Source of the DNA: a virus
Taxonomy: Duplodnaviria; Caudoviricetes
Direction: 5' to 3' (one strand)
IMG/VR virus record: IMGVR_UViG_3300012921_000080
Coordinates: 1-38,063 of that record
DNA: 38,063 nt
Part shown: positions 1-7,744 of the stretch, piece after piece
How the letters are laid out: every line of letters starts with the position of its first letter
Numbering within the stretch: position 1 is the stretch's first letter
Notes under the pieces: generated by a model
Databases searched by the model: none
Seen by the model: only the letters and a program-made list of their open reading frames with translations
What the model was told of the DNA's origin: nothing
Made by a program: the position numbers and the translations under genes

Positions 1-291
1 TCATAGCGCTGCCACTTTCACGTTGGGCGCGGTCGCGCCGGAAAGTTTTACCGTGACCCGTCCGGAGCATCTGAACGGAAAGCTCTTCACCACGTCGCCA
101 TTGGCGTCGAGGGTCGCGGCCGTCAGCTTCCCGTCCGGAACCGGCGCGGTCACGGTGTCGATCGTCGTCTCGACCGACAGCGTTCCGCCGCCCAGGTCGC
201 CCTGGTAGGCGAGCGTGCGGTAGCTCGCGCCCTCCTGGGCGGCATAGGGGATCACCCATTCGCCATTGTCGGTGAAGGTGTGCTCGGCCAT
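1..291 (-). CDS. Hypothetical phage protein (96 aa, MAEHTFTDNGEW...)
   Basis: ATG at 291 preceded by GAAGGAG; forms the C-terminal part of the 1..714 ORF; beta-rich composition. Confidence 0.7.
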   Translation of the reverse strand: MAEHTFTDNGEWVIPYAAQEGASYRTLAYQGDLGGGTLSVETTIDTVTAPVPDGKLTAATLDANGDVVKSFPFRCSGRVTVKLSGATAPNVKVAAL

Positions 292-305
292 GGTCAGTTG
301 CTCCT

Positions 306-617
306 TCAGCTCGTGCTGCGCCGTGACGCCGGCGCTAGCGCCGCAAGCACCTGGTCGAGCCGGCGGTTTGTCTCGCGAGTTCCTTCTCGGGTCTCCTCGC
401 GCAGTTCCTTGACGCTGGTGTCCAGCCGGGCCAGGTGGCCGTCGAGGTCGATGCGGCGCACATATTCGTCGCGCACCCGGTTGATGCGGTCGTGCAGCGC
501 GTCGTCGCCCTTCTGGATCTTGTCGGCCGTGGCGCGGTATTGCGCGACGATCGCCACGATGATGCCGATCAGCGTGCCGCCCAGGCCGATGATCGTGGCC
601 AGGTCTCCGGAGCTCAT
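306..617 (-). CDS. Membrane-anchored coiled-coil protein of the lysis region (possibly holin/antiholin-like)
   Basis: ATG at 617 after AGGAAG; N-terminal TM segment LATIIGLGGTLIGIIVAIVA followed by a charged helical region. Confidence 0.6.
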   Translation of the reverse strand: MSSGDLATIIGLGGTLIGIIVAIVAQYRATADKIQKGDDALHDRINRVRDEYVRRIDLDGHLARLDTSVKELREETREGTRETNRRLDQVLAALAPASRRSTS

Positions 618-844
618 GCCGGCTTCCTTCCGTCGCAGCCCCAGCGCTCGGTGCGCTGCATGTGCCGCGCCAGGCCAACGGCGGTCGGCCGCGCCTGGGC
701 GACCAGCAGCGCATTCACCGCGGGCGGCGCCTTCGGGATGCACACCAGCACGTCGGCCGGCACGGTCGCGCTGGGCACCGTCTGGCAGCTAGCAGCCGCC
801 AAGAACGGCGCACAGGCCAGCGTCATCAAGAGTGAGCGTTTCAA
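614..844 (-). CDS. Putative lipoprotein, o-spanin (Rz1-like)
   Basis: Signal peptide with lipobox-like LAAASC, then Pro-rich sequence; overlaps the 3' end of the upstream i-spanin-like gene; start may be 826. Confidence 0.55.
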   Translation of the reverse strand: MKRSLLMTLACAPFLAAASCQTVPSATVPADVLVCIPKAPPAVNALLVAQARPTAVGLARHMQRTERWGCDGRKPA

Positions 845-1013
845 GGTCGATCTCCTTGCCGTCCTTCAGAATGGTGATGCGGTCGGACGCGAGCTTGTCC
901 CGCACGGCCGCCGCGCCGTCGCCGCGGCCGGTGACATAGGCCCAGCCGAAGATCGCCGCCGCGACCGCCGCGCCGATCGCCAGCTTGCCGAGCGGGGAAA
1001 GAAGCCAGTCCAT
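789..1013 (-). CDS. Putative i-spanin (Rz-like), 74 aa
   Basis: TGATG overlap with the endolysin stop; N-terminal TM segment LAIGAAVAAAIFGWAYV; C-terminal Cys residues; overlapped by the lipoprotein gene. Confidence 0.6.
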   Translation of the reverse strand: MDWLLSPLGKLAIGAAVAAAIFGWAYVTGRGDGAAAVRDKLASDRITILKDGKEIDLETLTLDDAGLCAVLGGC

Positions 1014-1852
1014 CACGCCAGCCCCAGCTTGCGGCGCACCGCCGGCATGGTGGCGATCGCGTAGATCGCGAGGCCGACGATCAACACCACCAGCAGCATC
1101 TGCACCCGCCAGTCGACCCAGGGCAGCAGCGCCGTGCCGCCGCCCGTCGTCAGCCAGGTCCACAGCCGCGTCGAGCGCGACAGAGGCTTTTCTGCGGAGG
1201 CATCGTCTTGCGGCTCGTCGATGGTTGGCCCCTCATATTCGATCTCCGGGCCGGGAATGGGGGCAGGAGCGGGTTTGGGCTGTTCGGGCTGCTGGGGAGC
1301 CGGCGACCCCAGAAGGGCCGCCAGCGCCGCCTCCACGCGCACGGGAGACACCAGCGCCTTGTTGAGCCCGTCGCCGGCATAGTAGCTCTGGCCGCGCGCG
1401 ACGATGCGGTGCGCGCCTTGCGTCTTCTTCAGCACCGGAAACGACGCCCATTCCTTCGCCAGCTCCAGCGCGAAGGCGGCGCGGCTCATCTTGCCGGCGA
1501 CGAAGCGGTCGAAGCCGCGCCGCTGCAGCAGCGCATAGGCCAGCCGGCGCTGCGTCGCCTCGTCGAAGGGTTCGTCGCCGCGGCACTTGCCCTCCGCCTT
1601 CAGCGACAGCAGCGTCGCGCGCATGAACTGCGGCCCGCCGGCGGCCGACGAGGCGGCGGTCGATTTGAACTTCCTCGCCCAGGCCTTGGTCGACCACGTC
1701 TTCTGCGCCGCCAGCACCTCGTCGATCGTCATCTGGGTCAGCGGCTTCTTGAGCGCGCTCTGCCGGTTGCCGAAGATCGTGCCGAAGCCGGCCGGAGCCT
1801 CGATCGACACGATGAAGGTGATGAGCTGGTTTGCCTTGGCCGGAACGGTCAT
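1013..1852 (-). CDS. Endolysin, lambda-lysozyme-like muramidase/transglycosylase with C-terminal membrane segment
   Basis: Motifs IVSIEAP, SSAAGGPQF and LAKEWASFP resemble the lambda R family; Pro-rich linker; hydrophobic C-terminus. Confidence 0.8.
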   Translation of the reverse strand: MTVPAKANQLITFIVSIEAPAGFGTIFGNRQSALKKPLTQMTIDEVLAAQKTWSTKAWARKFKSTAASSAAGGPQFMRATLLSLKAEGKCRGDEPFDEATQRRLAYALLQRRGFDRFVAGKMSRAAFALELAKEWASFPVLKKTQGAHRIVARGQSYYAGDGLNKALVSPVRVEAALAALLGSPAPQQPEQPKPAPAPIPGPEIEYEGPTIDEPQDDASAEKPLSRSTRLWTWLTTGGGTALLPWVDWRVQMLLVVLIVGLAIYAIATMPAVRRKLGLA

Positions 1853-1856
1853 CGCC

Positions 1857-2189
1857 TCACTCCCTCTCTGCCTTTGCCAGCGCCTTGCTGGTCTTGTCCC
1901 GCCACATTCCGTCTTGCGGGCCGGGGTCGTGGCCGTCGCGCTTCAGCAGCAGCTGCACCGCCAGCGTCCGCTGCTCGGCCTGCGACATCGCGCGCCAGAC
2001 TTCGGGCGCCGGGCCGCCGCCGACATTCGACAGCACGGCCAGCACCGCCTGGTCGGTCTTTCGGCCGAATTCGCCGTCGATCTCGCCGCGATAGAAGCCG
2101 TGACGGCGCATAAGCCGGTGCAGGCGCAGATCCTCGTTGCGCGGCTTGGGGCGGGCGAGGCGGCGGGAGCGCGGATAATCGTCCATCAT
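1857..2189 (-). CDS. Stand-alone peptidoglycan-binding domain protein
   Basis: Two PG_binding_1-like motifs: GFYRGEIDGEFGRKTDQAV and GHDPGPQDGMWRDKTSKAL. Confidence 0.7.
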   Translation of the reverse strand: MMDDYPRSRRLARPKPRNEDLRLHRLMRRHGFYRGEIDGEFGRKTDQAVLAVLSNVGGGPAPEVWRAMSQAEQRTLAVQLLLKRDGHDPGPQDGMWRDKTSKALAKAERE

Positions 2190-2193
2190 GTCC

Positions 2194-5124
2194 TCACGTC
2201 GCCGGCGACACGGTCGAGGTGCGCATCAGCGCATAGTCCGTGCCGGCCACCCAGGCATTGCCGGTCAGGAGGCGGATGATGCCCGCCACCATCATGTTGT
2301 TGCCGTCGACGGCCGGGTCGACGCGCGGAATGACGAGACCTGCCATGGCCCAGCCCGCGCTCGGCGGCGTCGTCACATAGGCGGGCGGCATCTGGTCCGC
2401 CAGTTCCTGCCCATAGGTCGCGCTCGACGGCTGGCAGTCCTCGAAGCGGTGTCCGAAGCCGAGGCCCGCACGATAGGGCACGGCCACGCCGCGATTGTTG
2501 GCCTGGTAGGCATGGCCGTCGGATACCGGCTGGCAGATCACCGTGTTTCCGGCATAAACACCCTTGACCTTGGTGGCGTCGTTGTAGACGGGCTCGTAGC
2601 AGTTGCGGATCGTGTTGTTGCGGAAGCGATAGCCGAGCGTGTTGCCGAGCGTGATCGCATAGCTCTTGTCGGCCGTGCCGGCGGCCGAGTTCCAGCGGCC
2701 CGAATTGAGATCCGTCCGCGCCGTCTGCAGGCACTTCGGGTCGAGGTCGAACACATTGTCGTCGATGTCGATGTCGAGATTGATCGTCGCCGCCCCGCCA
2801 TAGGTGATCGAGGTCTCGATGCCGTCGTGGCAGTCCTGGATGACGTTGTCGTTGATCTGCCCGTTGCGGAAACCCCAGTGCCTCGCATCGCCCGACGATA
2901 GGAACCGCAAGAGCACGCCCGCGCCGGAGCGGAAACCGATCGCCTGGTTGTCGTTGACCTTGAAGCCGTGGACATCGGAATTGATGACGATCCCGTTTTC
3001 GAGGAACGAGGCTTCGCTGATCGTCGGATCGAAGAAGCCCTCCGAGCCGAACATCAGGCCGACGCCCCAGGTCGAGTAGGCGACGCCGGAAGGCTTGGTG
3101 CGGATGAAGATGTTGTTGGCCGCCGCGATCGCCATGGACGGCGGCACTGACGTCGTCACGTTCTTCATCAGATCCAGCTGGATCTGGTCGATGATCTTGG
3201 ACGAACCGTCATAGGCGCCCGCGATCGTATCGGCCGCCAGGCCGCCCAGCGTCGCGCCGCCACCCAGCGCAAGCGCACCGATGGTCGAGCCGTCCGTCGA
3301 GCGGTTCACCCCGTTGAACACCTGGTTGTCCATGAAGGACACCGCGCAGGACGCATTGTCGCCTTCGCTGGTCTGCGACGGTGCGAAGAAATAGGGGTTG
3401 CCGTGCGGGAAATACTGCTTGTTGCCGCGCACGGTGAAGTTGGCCGCGCCTAGGCCGACTATGCTTTCGCAGCCGAAGCCGATATTGTCGACGATCGACC
3501 AGTTTTTGCGGATGCCGTTGGCCGATGCATGCACGTCGATGATGTCGTCGTCGCAGTGCTCGAAATAGTTGCCGGCGACATAGCCGTTGTTGCAATCCTG
3601 GAAGCGCAGCGAGCCCTTGGCGATGCGATAACACCTGTTCTCGACGGCAAGCACGTTGTCGCATGTGAAGATGCGGTTGACCGAGCCGGCAATGTCCTCG
3701 AACTGACAGTTGGCGATGGTCAGCTGCGCATAGCCGGAGATGTAGTGGACATGCGCGCGCGGCTCGTTTCCAGGGGTCACGTTGCCGCCCGGCTTGTGCG
3801 ACCAGCGCCCGCGATAGCGGATGTTCACCGCGCGGAATTCCTTCCGCTCGCGATAATTGGTATTGGTCGCGACCGTGTCCGTCTTCCAGAAGTTGTAGTT
3901 CTTGTTGGCGGTTAGATCCTCGTCGATGAAGAAGCGCACCCGGCCGTGGCCCTCGATCGAGAAACGCTGTCCGGTCAGCGTTCCATAGGGGCTGTTCGTG
4001 GCGGTCGAGGGATTGACGAAGCGATAGTCTCCCTCCTGCGCACGGATCGTCAGGCCGGTCAGGTTCTGGAAGGCGATCAGGCGGGCAAGCGCCGGCGTAT
4101 TGTCCGTGCCGGTGAAGACGCCGGCCGCCCATTTGCCTGCGCCCAGATCGGTGGCGAACGTGCCGGACGTGTGGTTCTCGACGCACATATAGCCGAGACC
4201 GCTTTCCTTGACGTGATCGCCCGCCACATAGGCTGTCGCGCCTGCATGGTTGCCGCGAAACCGCAGGACGCCTTCGTGGCTGTCGACGCCGTCCGCGACG
4301 AAGCCGAACCAGAGCGGGTCGAGATAGGTGACGCCGATGCGCAGCCAGGCTTTGGCCGCGTCCTCGGTCGAGGCGATGACGACGGCGCCGTCCGTATCGA
4401 TTGCGAGCCATCCTGCGACGGAAACGGCCGTCACCTGCTTGAACTCTCCTTCTCGGCCGGCCTCGGCCAGGATCGCACTGGTGAAGGCGGCCGTATTGAG
4501 CGCCGCCAGCACGGAGCGGGTCGCGCATCGCGGCGGCGGCACGGCCGCGAGCGCGATGTCGCGGGCGGCCTCTGCCAACGCCTGCGCAGCCTCGGCCGCC
4601 TCCTTGGCCGCCAAAGCGGCCTCGGCATTCTCCTCCGCGGTCTCGATATCGTCGGCGGGGCCGCCGTCGACCATGTTGCCTTCGGCGTCGGCTTTCCAGA
4701 AATGGCCTTCACCGATCGTTGCGATCTTGCGCCCCGTCTGGCCGAAATCGCTCTTCCACGCCCGGTCGGCGTCGCGGCGCAGCTCCTGCGCGATCAGCGT
4801 CAGGTAATCGAGATCCGTGTTGAATTTGCCGGAGGCGAAGCCCTGGGCCGCGAGGAAGTCGGACAGCCGCTCGATGCCGGCCATGCCGATGAGGCGATAG
4901 ACGTCCTCCGCGAGGGAAGGCGCTGCAAGCAGGATCGACCCGCCGGAGGGCCCGGAACTGGCGAGACTCCAGTCAACCCCTTTGGTGAGCGTCGTCGTGA
5001 CGCCGGCGCGGATCCTCGTTACGGCAAGCCCTGTATCGCCCTGCAGCCGGAAGTCGAAGTCGAGCGACGTCGTGCCGGCGGATGGCGAGAGCGAGACGAA
5101 ACGATCGTTCAATGAAATCGTCAT
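2194..5124 (-). CDS. Tail fibre/tailspike with right-handed beta-helix (putative polysaccharide depolymerase)
   Basis: Probable start ATG at 5124 (MTISLNDRF); N-terminus resembles a T7 gp17-type anchor; WFGFVADG...TDNTPAL pectate-lyase-like start; Asn/Asp-rich beta-helix repeats. Confidence 0.85.
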   Translation of the reverse strand: MTISLNDRFVSLSPSAGTTSLDFDFRLQGDTGLAVTRIRAGVTTTLTKGVDWSLASSGPSGGSILLAAPSLAEDVYRLIGMAGIERLSDFLAAQGFASGKFNTDLDYLTLIAQELRRDADRAWKSDFGQTGRKIATIGEGHFWKADAEGNMVDGGPADDIETAEENAEAALAAKEAAEAAQALAEAARDIALAAVPPPRCATRSVLAALNTAAFTSAILAEAGREGEFKQVTAVSVAGWLAIDTDGAVVIASTEDAAKAWLRIGVTYLDPLWFGFVADGVDSHEGVLRFRGNHAGATAYVAGDHVKESGLGYMCVENHTSGTFATDLGAGKWAAGVFTGTDNTPALARLIAFQNLTGLTIRAQEGDYRFVNPSTATNSPYGTLTGQRFSIEGHGRVRFFIDEDLTANKNYNFWKTDTVATNTNYRERKEFRAVNIRYRGRWSHKPGGNVTPGNEPRAHVHYISGYAQLTIANCQFEDIAGSVNRIFTCDNVLAVENRCYRIAKGSLRFQDCNNGYVAGNYFEHCDDDIIDVHASANGIRKNWSIVDNIGFGCESIVGLGAANFTVRGNKQYFPHGNPYFFAPSQTSEGDNASCAVSFMDNQVFNGVNRSTDGSTIGALALGGGATLGGLAADTIAGAYDGSSKIIDQIQLDLMKNVTTSVPPSMAIAAANNIFIRTKPSGVAYSTWGVGLMFGSEGFFDPTISEASFLENGIVINSDVHGFKVNDNQAIGFRSGAGVLLRFLSSGDARHWGFRNGQINDNVIQDCHDGIETSITYGGAATINLDIDIDDNVFDLDPKCLQTARTDLNSGRWNSAAGTADKSYAITLGNTLGYRFRNNTIRNCYEPVYNDATKVKGVYAGNTVICQPVSDGHAYQANNRGVAVPYRAGLGFGHRFEDCQPSSATYGQELADQMPPAYVTTPPSAGWAMAGLVIPRVDPAVDGNNMMVAGIIRLLTGNAWVAGTDYALMRTSTVSPAT

Positions 5125-5132
5125 GGCCGGCG

Positions 5133-5165
5133 AGGCTATGCGCTGCCGGGAAGGTGTTACGTTTC
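5133..5165 (-). promoter_or_regulatory. Putative late promoter, copy 1 (GAAACGTAACA-N16-TAGCCT)
   Basis: One of five exact 11-mer copies; the -10-like hexamer ends 8 nt before the tailspike ATG. Confidence 0.75.
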
Positions 5166-5170
5166 GGGAG

Positions 5171-5197
5171 AAAAACAACCGCCCGGGAAGGGGCGGT
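5171..5197 (-). terminator. Rho-independent terminator
   Basis: ACCGCCC-cttccc-GGGCGGT followed by TGTTTTT on the minus strand. Confidence 0.75.
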
Positions 5198-5247
5198 CCC
5201 GGGCGGCGCTGGAAGTGCGCGGCGGGATGGCGTCGCAGCGCCCGGAG

Positions 5248-5280
5248 ACACTAGCGGCGCCGGCCGGGATGTTACGTTTC
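5248..5280 (-). promoter_or_regulatory. Putative late promoter, copy 2 (GAAACGTAACA-N16-TAGTGT)
   Basis: Exact 11-mer overlapping the stop codon of the 821-aa gene. Confidence 0.65.
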
Positions 5281-7744
5281 AGCGGCCGGGAAGCACTTCG
5301 CCAGGCTTCCAGAAATAGTCCTGGCCGAACTCGCGCTTCCAGAACTGTTGCTGCCGCTTGAACGCCTTGTTGGCCTCGGGGTCCATCAGCCATTGCGCCT
5401 GGTCGAGCACGGTGCGCTCGAAGGCGAGCCGCAGATACCAGATGTTGCCGCCGGGAATGTTGCCGCGGGCGAACTTCACCAGCTCGCGCCCGAAATGCGT
5501 CTTCTCGCCGCTGGCGAGCTGGACGGCGTTGCCGCCGGTCAGGTTCCACAGATCGTTCAGCCGCTGCACCACCGGGCCGGCAAGCGTGGTCGAGAAACCG
5601 CCGCCATAGCGGTTGACGTTGGAGAACAGGAAATCGCCATAGATGCCGAGGCCGCCGCCCTGCAGGATCGCAGCACCCCAGAACGCAACGTCGGCTGGGT
5701 CGCGCGGCTCCCGGCCGGCCGCGACCTGCTTCAGCTGCAGCGCGACGCCGCCAAGGATCGTCGTCGACAGCAGCAGCGAGCCCGCATAGACCGCGCCCGC
5801 GGCCTTCTCGCCACCCGCGATCATCTGGTGCACGCGCCGGCCGTGCAGCAGCACGAACACCGCGCCGAACGACTTGAACTGGTTGAAGCTGCGCAGCACC
5901 TCGCCGATAAACGTGCCGGGCGGGTTCTGGTCGAGGAGGGTCGACCGGGTCCGGTGCGATCCGGAGGGCACGGCGAATTCCGTTTCGGCCTGGATCATCT
6001 CGAGATAGCGCTCGGCGATCGCCGGATCCATGCGTGCTGCGATCTCGGCCGGCCGCAGCAGCGACGCGCCGCCCATGTCGTGCAGCTCGGCCTTCCGCAT
6101 CAGGTCCCATTGCCGTTCGCCGATGCCGTAGCGGCCGAAGGTCCGGCGCAGCGCCTCGGGCATGTCGGCGAAGCTCTTTCCCGCTTGGTTCGCCACTTCG
6201 GCCTGGAAGGCGAGGCCGAAGGCGTGCCGCGCCGCCTGCGTCCACGGCGTCAGCCCGGACCAGGTCAGCACGCGGTCGGCGATGTAGGACGCCCATTCCG
6301 GGCCGGACAGCGTGCCGACATAGCGAGCCTGCTGGTGGAACACGTTCTGCGCCGCGTCGAGGATCAGGCCTGCCTGCACCGCCTCCCGCCGCGTCATCTG
6401 GCCGAAGGAACGCACGATCTCCGGAATGGCGTTCGTCGCCGGGATGCCGGCAAAGGAGCGCGCGATCATCTGTGTGCCGACGTCGGAAATAGACGAGATC
6501 GCCGCCTGGCCGAGCACGCTCGCGGTGATCAGGCTGCGCGCGGCCGAGAATGCGCTGGCGAAGCGGCCGTTCACCGGCGTTTCCAGCGTGCCGCGGATCG
6601 ATCCCCACACGGCATCGATGCGCCTGGCCGCATGGTTGGCCTTGTCGATCGCGTTTTTCGGCTTGACGCCGCCAAGCCGCGCCGCCTGGCCGGCGGCCGC
6701 CTTCTGCGCCTCCTTCAGCACCGCCTGTTTCATGAACTCGATCGTGCCGGACGGGTTCGGGCCGAGCACTTCCATCGCGGCGATGTCCTTCGCCATCATG
6801 TTGACATGGCCCATCATCGCGGCGAACACGTCGCCGCCGCCGCCGAAATCCTGCTGGTATTCGAGCCAGGCCGTCGCATCGCGGAAGACGAGGAAGCGGT
6901 GCTCGGCGCGCTGGTTGGCGAGCGCGCCCCTGCCGAAGGGCTGCCGCAGCGGCTCCCGCTTGTTCCACCCTTCCGTGGTGATCGTGTCGAAGATCTCGTC
7001 GAGGATCCTGTCCAGTTCCCGTTCGTTCACCGGCTTGCCGGTCAGCGGGTGCTTCATGCGGGCGATGTCGAGCCGCGGCCGGATGGCGTCCTTCCACACG
7101 GGTCTGGTGGCGCGCCGCAGCGCGCGCGGATCGTGGTGCTGCGGCAGGCCCCAGTTCTCCAGCTTGCCGATCGCGCCGCCGGCGGCATTGAAGCGCTGGC
7201 GCAGCCATTCGGCCGTGTCTTTCCAGCTCGCCGCCAGTCCCTTTGCCGCCTGGTCGCCCGTGTCCTCGCCGAAGGCCTCCCGCAACACGTTCTTCATGTC
7301 GGCGCGGTTCCATCGCGCCCGGTCGCCGCCCACCGCGCCGCGCCGGAAGTGGAACAGCATGTCTTCCATCTTGGCATGCGCCATGCCGAGAATGGCGCGC
7401 TGCCGGCCGGCGACGGACGAAAACGCCGCCGTGCCGAAATGCTCGAGCTTGTCGAGCGCGGCTTCCGCGATGTCGGCCTTGCCGGCCGGCGTGCGGTGCG
7501 AGCGCAGGTCCGCGTCGATCTCGCGGATGTTCTTCAACGCCAGGCGCGCCTTGCGCTTCTTGTGCTCCGCCTCCGCCTTCAGCATGTCGGCAAGGTCGAG
7601 CCGCGCCTGCTCGGCGGCGATCGACGGCCCGTCGTTCGAGCGTGCCTGCTCGAGGCGCTCATATTCGCGCTTCAGCTCGGCCGCCTGGGCCTTGTCGATC
7701 ACGCCGCCGTCGACGGCATTGGCGAGACAGGCATCGATGCTCAT
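5279..7744 (-). CDS. Internal virion (DNA ejection) protein, 821 aa
   Basis: Large helical protein in the last internal-protein position before the tail fibre, as in podoviruses; hydrophobic Gly-rich C-terminal region. Confidence 0.7.
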   Translation of the reverse strand: MSIDACLANAVDGGVIDKAQAAELKREYERLEQARSNDGPSIAAEQARLDLADMLKAEAEHKKRKARLALKNIREIDADLRSHRTPAGKADIAEAALDKLEHFGTAAFSSVAGRQRAILGMAHAKMEDMLFHFRRGAVGGDRARWNRADMKNVLREAFGEDTGDQAAKGLAASWKDTAEWLRQRFNAAGGAIGKLENWGLPQHHDPRALRRATRPVWKDAIRPRLDIARMKHPLTGKPVNERELDRILDEIFDTITTEGWNKREPLRQPFGRGALANQRAEHRFLVFRDATAWLEYQQDFGGGGDVFAAMMGHVNMMAKDIAAMEVLGPNPSGTIEFMKQAVLKEAQKAAAGQAARLGGVKPKNAIDKANHAARRIDAVWGSIRGTLETPVNGRFASAFSAARSLITASVLGQAAISSISDVGTQMIARSFAGIPATNAIPEIVRSFGQMTRREAVQAGLILDAAQNVFHQQARYVGTLSGPEWASYIADRVLTWSGLTPWTQAARHAFGLAFQAEVANQAGKSFADMPEALRRTFGRYGIGERQWDLMRKAELHDMGGASLLRPAEIAARMDPAIAERYLEMIQAETEFAVPSGSHRTRSTLLDQNPPGTFIGEVLRSFNQFKSFGAVFVLLHGRRVHQMIAGGEKAAGAVYAGSLLLSTTILGGVALQLKQVAAGREPRDPADVAFWGAAILQGGGLGIYGDFLFSNVNRYGGGFSTTLAGPVVQRLNDLWNLTGGNAVQLASGEKTHFGRELVKFARGNIPGGNIWYLRLAFERTVLDQAQWLMDPEANKAFKRQQQFWKREFGQDYFWKPGEVLPGR

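Noticed and set aside
2194-5124. Diversity-generating retroelement, suggested by the BPP-1-like architecture
   Set aside because: No reverse transcriptase, Avd-like gene or TR/VR repeat pair seen in the window
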